Shown piece by piece: positions 1 through 18,321 of a DNA stretch of 64,000 bases. Position 1 is the stretch's first letter. Each line of letters begins with the position of its first letter. This stretch comes from Balanoglossus misakiensis. Lineage: Eukaryota > Animalia > Hemichordata. The DNA lies in contig CM082579.2 of NCBI GenBank assembly GCA_040954595.2, positions 492,922 through 556,921 of the forward strand, given 5' to 3'. Made by a program: the position numbers and the translations under genes. A model generated the notes under the pieces. That model was not told where the DNA came from. It made no database searches and saw nothing but the letters and a program-made list of their open reading frames with translations.

Positions 1-425
1 TTGAAATTGACATCTGATTACCTTATTCATTTTAGATGGTAAATGGCTTACCCGGGTACATATAAATATATGGATTGGTGGATCTGTAACTAAGTTCATT
101 CTGCTTGGTCACCGAGGTATTGTGATCAATGCAATGCAAGACAAGACATACCAAACAGAAAGTATAAAAAGAGTTATGGAATTTATTCACATTTTAATTG
201 GAATTCTCTAATTACAAAATAAATGAAGTTTCTCAGAATCCAAAGTAGTTATAGGATTTATTTTAAATACAAAAGCTATGACACTACTGATCTCTCTTCT
301 TCAGAATAAATTTGGATACACTTGAACCTTGACTGAAAGAATGAACACTCAAATTAACAGGTGAATTGATGGCAGCTGTCTTGACAGCATATACAGGTGA
401 GGGATATAGCACAAAAGACTTATTT

Positions 426-3168
<2,743 letters not shown>

Positions 3169-3169
3169 G

Positions 3170-3782
3170 CTGTGATATTATTTATGCAATATTGATATCT
3201 GTATGTTTTAAAGCTTTAATACATGTATCTACACTGAAACTGAATCAGTGCTGCTACAATAAAAGATCAAGAGAATTTAAAAGAACATTAAAGTCACACA
3301 AATTTGCATTGCATGGTTTATGTTTATAAATGTCACTCAAAACAAACCACGTCGTTCGCGAAACCGGAAGTAAATGCCACATAAAGCACAGAATCTGGTC
3401 TAATGCCTAATACTGCATCATATCCCGAAGAGAAAGCATCTATGGGGGCGTAGTTATACTGAAAACGGCACAATATTGTTCACTCTCGATAAAAACATGA
3501 TTATTTCAAGGTATGCAATGAAACACGAGTCACCAAGATACCTACCATTTTGAATCTGTAATGAGGTACATTTCATCCTCGTTTGACTAGAAAAAAAGGT
3601 CAACGTATTTTTATACAACATAATAAATAACAATACTCTTCTCGTTTTCAGGAGCATTTAAATAAAATCTAATGAAAATTTAATACTTGGCGTGGTTTAT
3701 TTTACATTATAAAGATATTTCAATAGACTGTTTTAGGCTTCTGAAATATTACTAGGAACGAGGAAGAGTGCGAAGATTCAAG
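3170..3782. promoter_or_regulatory. Divergent WDR61/SMU1 promoter region
   Basis: The two genes are head-to-head with start codons ~600 bp apart. An ETS motif ACCGGAAGT is at ~3363 and a YY1-like CAAGATGGCG overlaps the SMU1 ATG. Confidence 0.55.
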
Positions 3783-7107
<3,325 letters not shown>

Positions 7108-8333
7108 AAGTGCAGAAGTCTCCTGTATTCACCAACTGACAGTGACCACTCCATGTTTTAGTGTTTGTTTCTTGGACCATTCCCCCCGCAAAGTTGTGAT
7201 CTTTTGCAGAGCAGTGTGAATGGTAAAAGTGTCACAACCTTCATCAACCTGTGAGAAAAGTCCCACATAGTCTCTCATGTTGATATCTATATACTAGTAT
7301 CCAAGACCATTTCTATATGATAACGCAAAATGGTACAATGTTTTTAAGAGATTCTTTTATGTCCATCAAATAGTTCCAACACTCAGTTTATCAGTATGTT
7401 TCCTCAGGACATGTAATGTGTTGGTGGTAAGAATTTTGTCATCTTGCCCTTTGATACATAACACAGTAAATAAAGTTTCTGGACTGAATAGCCAGGTTCT
7501 CAATGTTGTGATGTACATATAGCTTTTTAGATGATTTCTTTGGCTTTTGTAGTGCTATTATGTGAAGAGGGACAATAAAATTGTATACCAAGTAACATGA
7601 TGGACTTGTATGTGTACCTTTGTTTAAAGGAAGATGACCAGGACTGTGGGCGCACAACCCAGCACACAATAGGTCATTTTCATATACATGTACTGGTCAG
7701 GATTCTTGGGACACTTGTGAAAATGATGGCTTTTGAACAAGTTCTGTTACTTTGAATGCGGGTATATTTTATTGATATCTAAATTCCACATCTTTGAAAC
7801 GAAGGCAGAAGATAATATCCAAAAGGCTCACCAAAATTTTAATGATGAAAGACGAAGAGTACATCTACAGAATTATTTTTATAAAGGCTAGTAACAGGTT
7901 TTGATCAAATTGTAAGTAACTTTTGAAAACTGCAAATTGGTATTGGCAGATGATTTTGGCTCAAAACTAATTAGCGTACTTATTCCAAGTTTGTTACACA
8001 ATGAAAAAACTCATTTCCTATTAAAAGGTGATTCATCTCAACATGCTAACTGAATCGAAGCACAACATACATTTACGCGCACTTTTGAGCACATCAGATG
8101 CACCCTTGTCACCATTTCAGTCATTGAATAATGATAATGACAACGCACAAAACAGCGAACATTTTAATGTGGATCTGTAATTACAGTCAACTGACATGCA
8201 TGGAACAACATACAAGAAGCAATGAACAAAATGCAACAGTATAACTTGTGAATTAATTTATTTCTGTGTCTACGCAAGTTTTTGCGTGTCTAGGAAGGGC
8301 CAGCCCATTCCTAGAAACTCACAAATACAAATT

Positions 8334-9374
8334 TTATTTATTACTTCCACCATGTGGAGCACGGTTCTCTGGCAGATGTTTGTGGTCGTGATTTCTTTTA
8401 TCATTTCTGTTAGTATTTGCAATTTTCAGCTTCTCTTTCAGACCAAGGCGTCTACGTTCAGCTGCCTTGTAAGCCCTCTTCAGCTTAGCCCACATCACCT
8501 CTGCCCTAGAAATAAAAATACATACAGTCAAAAGGCAGGAAAGAGCATAACTAGAGACGAATAGAGTATGACTTCTCCACTTCATCTCGAACTCAATTCT
8601 GTGCGGATATCCATCTTGTGAACTTACTTGTTTGCCCTTGACCTCTCGACAGTAGTGATTTCAACACACTTATAAGATCCATCAGACTGACCCTTGCATG
8701 CAAGATTAGTCGCAGTATTGCAGCAGGCATCGTATACACCATTTGGACCAAGTGGGACAGGCAGCTCACACTATGCGGAAGAAAGAACAATTAGGATAAT
8801 AGTAACCTACATGTAGTTTGATTTCTTTTCATTTTACCCCGTTCGATCTATATTTGCATTATCTTTCTAAAGTAAACAATCCCTCACATGTAGCTTGACG
8901 TGAATATTAACTTAGTTACCCATCAGAATATCACATAAGTTTCTATTAAGTTATGCCAAACCAATGGTGACAATTAATATTTCTAGAATGAGCAAAATGG
9001 GAGACGTTTGTTCTACGTGCGCCATTCTCACGCGAGGCGTATGGTAAACTATAAGACTATTTTTCTTCACTGACTTCAGACCGACCCTGAACATAAATGT
9101 GGGTGAAAATAAGCGAGAAAACTGGATAAAAGCATAATATTGAAGTATTGCTCACTTCTTGCCCTGCTTCAAATTCAACCTCACAATTGTCGGCTAAATG
9201 ACCTCTGCGGATGAAATGAGAAATCTTCTCCATGTTCATCTCATGAGGATGGTCGCCGGAATCGTGACCTGGATTGACAGCCGACGGTAAAGCCTCCTCC
9301 TTTTTACCAAATCCTGGCTGGATGCATAAACAAACGAACACGGCCACACATCCAAGCATCGCCACAGTTTTCAT
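8334..9374 (-). CDS. Uncharacterised secreted preproprotein (177 aa) with a six-cysteine knottin/ICK-like domain
   Basis: Three exons, 9374-9156, 8770-8628 and 8505-8334, have canonical gtgag/gtaag donors, pyrimidine-rich ag acceptors and compatible phases (219+143+172=534 nt). The product has a hydrophobic N-terminus (MKTVAMLGCVAVFVCLCIQPGFG), a C-x9-C-x14-CC-x7-C-x9-C core and several dibasic sites. Confidence 0.75.
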
Positions 9375-9870
9375 GATGACGATCTTCAATCAAAACGATG
9401 CAAATTTGATTGAAAATACGATTATTTCGATGTTTTTGGCCTCAACAGTACCCGTTATAGCTGCCCGTTGTTACGTTCCAAACAATATATTCATAACGTC
9501 ATTGTGACGTAATAATTTCATGTCGTTTTCAGGAATCTGATTGGCTCAAAGTTTACATTAGGGTGACTATGCGCATGTGCATGTTTTTTTTCTTACTGCC
9601 CTAACAAATTCTTTGTTTCCAACCTTGTTGTTGTACTTAATCAATGGAACAACACCTGCTTCAAGCACTGAAGATATCTTTATTGCCTATCAACAACGTT
9701 TTGGCTCCCCGAAAAAAGCGAAAACGTTACAACCAGGCCATGCACTGGGTTTTCAACCATGCCCTGACCTCTGGCTTAAACAGCGCCATCTATGGGTGAC
9801 CTTTAACAACAGGAAGACAAAATACACGTTGCTTTAACCAACGTAAACTCGGCAGCCAGAAACCTTCAAG
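9375..9870. promoter_or_regulatory. Divergent promoter between the knottin-like gene and SPCS3
   Basis: ~500 bp separate the divergent ATGs. It contains CRE-like TGACGTAA (~9505), reverse CCAAT GATTGG (~9539), NRF1-like TGCGCATGTGCA (~9570) and CTCF-like CAGCGCCATCTATGG (9781). Confidence 0.5.
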
Positions 9871-11286
9871 ATGAACACGTTCCTTTCGCGTTTAAACACA
9901 ATATTTGCCTTCACATTGAGTGTAATGGCAGCGCTGACATTTTGCTGTTTCCTGACGACAGCATTTAACCCCGCGATCACATCTGTTGAAATAGGAACAA
10001 CAAAAGCAGTCGTGTAAGTTGCTTGACATATTGTACATATCTATTTGCATGATTTCACGAAAATAGATTTTTCGACAAATATTCTGCACCAATCTTCCCA
10101 ACGCCACTTACTCATCCCAATTCATGAGTTACGATAAGGACTATGTCTGCTGTGAAGAAACATGAACTCGGTTACTCTCTTGCGAAGATATACCTTGTTT
10201 GTTATCAGCATTCTCTGCATATTGTGATATTGCTGCAGTTTGCATCCCCTCCATCTTCCCTGCAGCAAATTGTGATTGTGATAGGCGTAGCTTACAGTTA
10301 CCACCCATCACCATATTGAATTGATCATAGAGAATTTCATTATTTAATAGGAAGAATGTAGCCAACTTTGCAGCATCCTCAAGGGAGAAGAATGACCTGG
10401 CACAGGTGGCCTTTGACCTCCATGTTGACCTCTCACCTATGTTCAATTGGAACACCAAGCAGTTATTCTTGTATCTTACTGCTGAGTATGAAACTAGAAA
10501 TAATGTAAGTATCATTGTATTTCACTCAAACAAAACTCAAAATAATTCAGAGAACATTTTTGGGAAGGGTTGATGAGACATGATATTATGGCCAACAGTC
10601 TGGGCCAGATTGTGTAGCACTTTTGAACTCAAGTCAGGTCATACAACTGATACTTAGATGGTTTCATTCTTCCACAGAAACTGAATCAGGTCGTTTTGTG
10701 GGATAAAATTGTCAAAAGAGGTGAAAACACAAAACTAGATTTCAAGAGCATGAATACAAAATATTACTTTTTTGATGATGGAAATGGACTCAAGTAAGTA
10801 AACACTTCATTGTTATAGTGGCTTGACTTATTCATTTCCTCTTATGACTGCATTGAAATCAAAAGAGGTAAAACGGTTCAGAAACCATAACATGAAAGGG
10901 ATATGGTCACCAAACATGCATATTCAGATTTAAGAATCAACCCACACACTATTACAGTTTCCAGCAGTGACATAAAAGGCAAGAAAGTTGGTTGGCAATC
11001 AAGCAGACATGTTGTTGCAATAAAGCTTCAAATTATGGATGGATTTTGATGGCTATCGACAAAGTGACACTCAGTAACTACTGATGTATTCACACCAGAG
11101 TTGTCACTGTTTTCTTCTCCACAAATTACAAACCATTTATTCTGTATTTTGTTTTTCTTTCCTAGGGGCAATGAGAATGTGACATTATCACTATCATGGA
11201 ATGTTATCCCCAATGCTGGCACTTTACCAAGACTTAAAGGATTTGGAGAACATGTCGTACACTTCCCTAATGAATACAAACAATAA
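9871..11286 (+). CDS. SPCS3: Signal peptidase complex subunit 3 (SPC22/23)
   Basis: Exons 9871-10013, 10351-10504, 10678-10793 and 11166-11286 give [32 protein letters not shown]...[18 protein letters not shown]...[13 protein letters not shown]...[30 protein letters not shown]...*. AATAAA at 11481. Confidence 0.95.
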
Positions 11287-13891
11287 CTTATTTCACATCA
11301 AAAATATTTTCAGAATTTTCTTTGTAGAAAAATTCCAAAGATATGACTGTTTCAATGTTTTGTTTGAGTTGAATTTTCTATGATTGTAATGTCTTTGTAT
11401 ATGTACAATTATAGTAAAACCTGCACACACTTCTTGCTATAATACCGACATTTATGAGTTCTGTTTTGTTGACTCGTTGGAATAAACAATTTAAAGACAA
11501 CATTGACCGATCGTTTTCCTCAGTATGCAGTTCAGGGGGGGGGGGAGTTGTCTTTATAACTCTCATGACAATAATACTTCCAGACACTTGAAGTTTCCAT
11601 AGAAACATCGTTTTTATCATTTAATTACAGCGGCGGTAGTAGTATGTTACAATGGAGGAGCTGACAGACACTGTCTCAGTGTAAAAAGAGGGTTGTGCCC
11701 CAAAAAACCTAACATCAATGGTACTACAGGGCTCTCAATCATGACGAGTAATTACATGTACATATGATTTTGAAATATAATAAATTTATACAGCAAATTT
11801 GTACAACATACAAAAAGGAAGCAGTAACTTAAATTCATGAAAGCCAAACTGTTCAAAAGTTTAGGCTGAATTGTGATGTTGGCCATCTGTCCGATCCGAG
11901 CAATCGCCAGATGGAATGCACCATTGCTTGAGTGTCCGTCACTAGAAGTTGATAGATTACAACACGGCAAACAATGAAACTCTGTCTAGATGACCTCACT
12001 CCAACATTTTACAAATCACTTGCAACATATAACATTTTTCTTCAAAGACTTAGAAACTTGTGAATACAAGCTTTCTCCCTGGACACAATGACGGCTCATT
12101 CGAAGCTCTTTCTTACCAAGCCAGAAATAGGATGACGTTTCAATGGAGTGTTAAGAAATTGCTGCACTTTGCTGTCCATGTGACAAGTAATGTTGGCCTA
12201 CACATTAGAGGTTGGCTTTGTCAACTATTGCAATTGAATATCATGATTTGTACACTTCAATAAATCAGTAAATGGATTGAAAAAAATGCAATATAAAAAG
12301 ACAAAAAGTGTACAACAAAAACATTACAATATATTGCATCTACAACTGGGAAGAGACTTTTAATCCCTTGGTCACCCTGTGTTCTCTCAACAATGGTATG
12401 GTCTTACGAGTTCACTAGACAAGTCCATTACAAGGAGGGGGCAGAGGGAGTCCGCTAACTTGCTGTTCTGCTGATGATATGTCATCATCAAATAGCTTGC
12501 CATTTTGAGAACTGGTCAGTTTCTTCAGTCAGTTTGTATTGGTGCATGTCAAAATTATACAATTCAAGGCTCATGTGAGGAGCAACCTCTTGAACGGAAT
12601 ACAAATTCATATACCCTGGACGTTTTCAATGCAAAGTGCCCTGAAATGTTATCTTTCTGGGGAAAGATATATACACGTAAAACATATTTGACCCTTGCTA
12701 TATCATGCCTCTACATCAAATGATCATCATGGCAGACATTTGGCTCCCAGTGATGTTCTGATGACAGTCTGCATAGGACACTTTCATGACCCCTATGTGA
12801 CCTTTACATCATGGCATTTGGTTGGTATCACGATTTCACCAGTTTGAGTTAAACTCCAGATCAATCATACTATTGAATGTGTGCAGAACAAAAAAAAATG
12901 AAATTTGTAGGTTACAAGACTGAATATTGAATGATATAAAAGTGACATACCAGAGTAACACCAAGATGTAAGGTCACTTATGGGTCATGAAAGAGCCCAA
13001 TTGTGAGGCTATTAACTGACTTGTAGCCATTGGAAATTTGTGTCTCAGAAAGGGTCAACTCTCTGTTATGATGACTGGCAGTGCATTTACTTGAATAAGA
13101 ATAAGGACTGTAGAACAGCAGTGAATTGATTTCAAGAACAAGGAATATCTAAATGTGCCCTTTTCTCAGTTGCCATGGGTCTCCCAGACAACGGCCAGTT
13201 CTTTCAAGTACTTGGTAACATTTTCAGTTCTGTAGGAATGTTTCACTCAGAGTCACAATTTCTGAGGCAGGAACTGATTATTGTGCCAATACATTTCATA
13301 AATACCAGTTTGAATGACAACTTGACGGGCTGACTTAAAACTAAAATGTAGTGTACACCACAGGTTTTAATTTAAAATTGACAATACATTTTAGCTGTAG
13401 GCTAGGTATCAAAACAAAAATATTCTAAAAATCCTCCATTTAGCCTTTACAGACTCAGTTTTTGGAGAAACATCTGGTTTAAAAAACTGTTATTACTAAG
13501 AATTTGTCAGGTTGTGGACAACATCAATCAAGTGTATGCAGCAAGTTTTGATAAAATACATTTCAAATAGAGAAAACAGAAAAAAAAGTTTGGCTGTATG
13601 TACATGAATTATTTGACAAGAACATGTACATTCAGAAATCAGCAGACATACCCCCTTTCTTCCCTTGGATTCAACAGATGCTGACTTTATACTCTCTCTG
13701 GTGACTTTACCCCTACGGAATAGACTCATCAAAGTGCCCCCTTTCTGGCCTCTTCATCAACCATCCATCTATATCTGCCTTCCTGTATCTACAAACAACT
13801 TGGGATCAAGGTATGTCTCTAGGGTGTGGCATTTTGAGTTCACTTATGTACAATCATGCCAGGTGATAACCATGTGACCGACATGTGACCA

Positions 13892-16800
13892 TCATGTGCC
13901 GTCTCTTGATTGGTAAAATAGAATATAACCTGATTCAGAGGTCTTCTGTAAATCTGATGTCAAACCATAAAATTCTTCAATCGCCTGAGCGTCTATTTTC
14001 TGCAATTGATGAGAAATTAACCAAACATCACATAAAAAAGCAATAAAACTGCAGTTTTCAAATGTTACCCACTGCACATCAGTTGCATTTCTCAATTAAT
14101 GTTATGATGCACCTCAAAAATAACGATCAACAAAATCTTATCAACACTTCTAGTTCAAATATTCTATAAACATTTGTTTTAACACCAACATACAAATTGA
14201 CTGCAGATATTAAATCAACTGATTTTAAAATACCTTACCTCGACTATATCATCATCAAATAAAAGCCAAAAACCATGGCTTTTGACGATTGTGATATAAT
14301 GTCCCCTATTCGGACCACTGGAAAGAAAATTAACAATATGAGGTTGTAAATTTTAAGATTCGATGTTGAGCACCAACAATTTATGATACTCTAATTGAGC
14401 AATTCTACATCCAAGAACAATTGGATTCCATAGTCAGACTTCAATTACTGCATAACATATTCAACATCATTCTAACTTTATATACAAAATATCAGAACTC
14501 TTACCTTCCACAGTGTATAACTACAGCAACTAAGTCATAAAGTTTGTCTGGATTGTACGCATCATCGGACTGGAAATGTATAAAATACATCTGTATAATT
14601 AACTGAACTAAATGAAAAGATGTTGACTTTCAAAGTCATGAGAAAGCAAGCTTGTCCAGCTGATTCCAGTAAACATCTATTAACTGACTATGAGGATAAC
14701 AGCGTACACCTATTTCCCTGTGGGGATCACCCCTGAAGCGAAATAAAGACAAACTCACCGTATTCACAAGTCTAAGTTCCAGTGGAAACACCACTCTGTA
14801 TGATAACTTAGTATATCTGTGTAACTGTTCCATGTACTTAAATCGTTTTAAATGTAATGCCAAAATCATTGGTAACTTCTTTACTCTCATTCTGAAAAAT
14901 TGAACAAAAAATGGCATGAACTGAGATCAACTTGTGGCTAAAATATTATGTTGAATTAGTACTTTCACCGAACTATCTCAATTTGGGTGGAAAAATTGGT
15001 ACTGCCGGGTACATCTTTAATGTCCTAAATATGACATACCTTTTCTGTGCTTCCTGTTTACTGCAACAATTTTCACAATAATACTTATATTCACTACAAA
15101 GTGTCTCTGTACTGCTAAATCCCCTGTGTGTAAAAAAAATACAACATTTATTTTAGCCACTTATGATCTGTCCATGGTCAAGTAACGCCTTTATACATTA
15201 AACTGTCACAAGAGAAAGATGAGTAAGACTGACTTAGAGCTTTGATCTGTCATTTTATGGACTATGTCATTTACTCAGAAAAGGGCAAATTCAGTGAAAG
15301 TTGAGATGAGAAAAATATTGAAGCTGCTTTCTTACCTCAAGCAATGTGTTATTGAAGTGTTTTGGTCCACATCTACTGATAAATCTAGAAAATCTTCATC
15401 TTTGCTACTAACCTAAGGAGGATGCATAAAAATGATGTAACAAATAACTTCACTCATGGTGATATTAAATTGCACTGAATGTGGAGTTTTCTCTCCCTCC
15501 GCGACATCAAAACAATTTCATCAGGATTAGTTTCAATAATCAATGGAAGAGAAAGGATCAATATGAGGGAAAAAATCAAATGTTTAAAAATTGATGTACA
15601 TTGAATACTTACTGTTTCACAACAAAGACATCTAGTCTCATTCGTCAAGGTACCTTGAAATATATCATGCACCCATGTAGGTTCAGGTTTGCTGATCTGG
15701 TTATCATTACCATTCCTGCCTTTGTTTCCTTGTTTTTCAGCTGTTAAAAGACAACCACAGAAATACTGAGGGATGCTACAGGATTGTTATGACTGCACAG
15801 TAATTAAAAGTGACATTCCAAATAAATTAAATCTAAAACACAATCAACGCTTCATCACTCCAAGGATATTTTTAATTTCCTCTGCGTCCAAATCAAGTAC
15901 ATTAGTTGCTCTGGGAATTCACTACGCCAGGTATTCATTTTCACGGAATTCACTTTGGCAGGCATTGATGGTGATACAGATTTCATTACCCTGGATAAGA
16001 GCCTAGCCACTCAGTCTCATGGACATTGGATGAAATGTGTTATCAGCTAGATCTGATTACTTGCAGAAATGGATACGTTGCACAGTATCTCCAGGGTACT
16101 ACAAATTGCCATGCATAAATGAATTTCTTCGCCTTCAACAGTACAAGCCTCACAGTACACATACATGTATTTCAAAGGTGTTTTATACTTCAGCCAGCCA
16201 GGCATGCAATGAAGTAACTGCTCTGATTGTGTGTTACAAGGTTTTTGTTTTATTACATTAACTTTGACCAGGAATTCTAGTCATCGCCACCATTTGTGAA
16301 GAGTTCAAAGAAGAAATCTTCAGTGATTGTATGAAGACTGTACCTTTGCATGTCAAATTAAGAGAAAAGACACAGCCTTGCTGGATTTCAGCTGCACTTT
16401 CTTACCTTGTAATAGATCTGCTATTGTATTCAATAAATAATTCAGAAATTCATGGGCATCTTGCTGCATGTAATTATCAAATAACTCTGTTAATGGAATG
16501 AACAAGAGAAAAAAGTATATGTTAAACCCTGAAGGCAGTTGCAGGGCAGGCAGGCAGTTTTATAGTGGTATTATGTTGACAAAGCTGGACACATGCCATT
16601 AATCAATTACAAAATGAACATTTTCCAAAGATAAAGTAATGGTTATTATGTCCAATATAAATTGATGCATCTAAAACCTTGTCACCAGAGGTCAATATAC
16701 TTCACCCAGAATAATCATCCAAAAGTACAAACAATGCACTTACCATTTTCTTTCCTAAGTCTTGCAATAAACTTTTTGGGTGCGATGACACCAACTTTCT

Positions 16801-17421
16801 TTTTCTGTGATGCAATGTTGTTGAAAAGATCTGCTAGACAAGTCAAAAGGGTTTCTTTCTTCTTGGGCTGAGCCTTGTATGCTAACACTTTATCTCGGAA
16901 TGGCTTACAGAAGTACAGAGCTTGCAGCACAGAATTGCAGTAACAAGTGTTTCCAAACTGTCATAAAAAAACAATAAATAAATTCTATATAAAAAATGAT
17001 ATACAAATAATGTGTAGAGCAGGCACAAGGTGTCTTCCGGTATATTCATGCCACACCCACAATAAATACTTGTTTACTCACATTTACAAGTCCAAAGTAA
17101 TGTTCGTTCGGTGGGAACTGATCAGAGCCAATCTCCTTTTCTAGTGCTGAAGCATTAGCTCCCTGAAAAAGGAGAACACGTAAAACAGAAGTTAACAAGT
17201 AAGTAGTGGTACTACTAGCTGGGCGACATGAAACCTTGCAAGGGTGACATACGTCTCTGCCCACTGTTCACTAACTCAGACTGGTGAACAAAACCCCCCA
17301 AAACATTGAATGGTATTTCACTTGTCTCACAGTAGTGGACTCGGGCGATAGAAGGAAGCCTTTAATGTTTCCCAAGCTGCAATATGCAATGAATACAAGG
17401 CTAACACACTTGACTTACCAT
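13892..17421 (-). CDS. USP46: Ubiquitin carboxyl-terminal hydrolase 46/12 ortholog, multi-exon
   Basis: M|[27 protein letters not shown]|[17 protein letters not shown] (Cys box), [46 protein letters not shown] (His box) and C-terminal [15 protein letters not shown]. This is probably a single co-ortholog of USP12 and USP46. Confidence 0.95.
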
Positions 17422-17730
17422 CTTTTTTATAGTTGTTTATCGATGGGACTGTACCTGACGGCTCATGACATCAACATTGAAGCTTGTCCGCCATTTTAAA
17501 CTATTGCATCGTGGGTAATTTTTCTAAAATTATGTTCTTGGAGAATTCAGAGAAATTGTCAGAATGCTTGTCTTTAACCTCGCGAGAGTTCCTCCAGTTA
17601 AAAGTTACTTTATTTTGTCTGATATTATCACTGTCACTCGCATTACAGAAGGATGGTCTTTTTTTCCCGACAGCTCAGCATTCGGGTCATGTGACGTCAT
17701 GCGGTCTCTTTCTCGTGGGTCCGCCATTTT
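17422..17730. promoter_or_regulatory. Compact bidirectional USP46/RPL21 promoter with TCT/5'TOP start and non-coding RPL21 exon 1
   Basis: A pyrimidine tract CTCTTTCTC at 17706-17714 is followed by a short exon ending CCGCCATTTT|gtaagt (17730). Also present: perfect CRE TGACGTCA at 17692-17699, YY1 motifs CCGCCATTTT at ~17488 and 17721, and a near-palindromic CTCGCGAGA at ~17579. Confidence 0.75.
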
Positions 17731-17985
17731 GTAAGTAAGGAGGAATTACTCCGTGGAGTTTGAATATAAAAAGCCACAAATTTCCTGTAGATAATCGAAT
17801 GTTTGGCACTTAAAGCGAAATGTAATGGGATCAATAATACAGGGTGGTAATTTGGTAGTATAAGAGATAGATTTGCCAGTGTTACGGTATCTTGATTGTG
17901 CAGCACATGTGTTCACACTTTACTCCACACTTCCACTTGCCCATACTGCCACTGCATAGCGACACAGCTGCACAGTGACAGTGTG

Positions 17986-18227
17986 GTAGGGCATGAGGAT
18001 TTGTCTGCCCTGGTGGTTTGGGTTAGACGGCAGCCTAGACCAAACATATCGTTCAACCAAACACACCATGCACATTGCCGAGCTTACTTTACTGCAACTA
18101 AATACTGCGTGCTTGTTTTGTGAACTACATGTATGTGGAGCCAGGAGGGCATTAATAATACTGACCATAGAAGACTGTGTCTTCTCTTATCACTCTTGTA
18201 TAGTGGTTCTTGATTACTGAAGCCTGC
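17986..18227 (+). ncRNA. Candidate intronic box C/D snoRNA in RPL21 intron 1
   Basis: C-like ATGAGGA (17993-17999), D box CTGA (18217-18220) and a short terminal stem GTAGG/CCTGC. The 11 nt GTTCTTGATTA before box D are complementary to conserved 18S UAAUCAAGAAC. Box D sits ~88 nt upstream of the 3' splice site. Confidence 0.4.
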
Positions 18228-18321
18228 GATTTTTGTACAAGAGGCAGCGTTTGCTTTCAAGTTTCAGATTTACATTTCTGACTTTCTTGTTTATTTTTTG
18301 TGTTGTAGATAAGTAAGCAAG

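Noticed and set aside
36-212. Open frame after a tttag acceptor (GKWLTRVHINIWIGGSVTKFILLGHR...) that could be the last exon of an upstream + strand gene
   Set aside because: Truncated by the window edge, no recognisable homology, and it overlaps the probable WDR61 3' UTR.
8334-8790. Possible selenoprotein (TGA read-through) suggested by other frames in the orphan gene region
   Set aside because: Those frames also contain TAG/TAA stops, the spliced model is fully open without recoding, and I saw no SECIS.
15895-16105. Weak inverted similarity (TAGTTGCTCTGGGA ... TCTCCAGGGTACTA) in a USP46 intron, possibly a MITE
   Set aside because: Too degenerate, with no target-site duplication and no second copy in the window.
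18010-18035. CTAACCC on the minus strand as a possible telomerase RNA template
   Set aside because: It reads CTAACCCAAA rather than a 1.5-repeat CTAACCCTAA template, and no pseudoknot or H/ACA context is evident.
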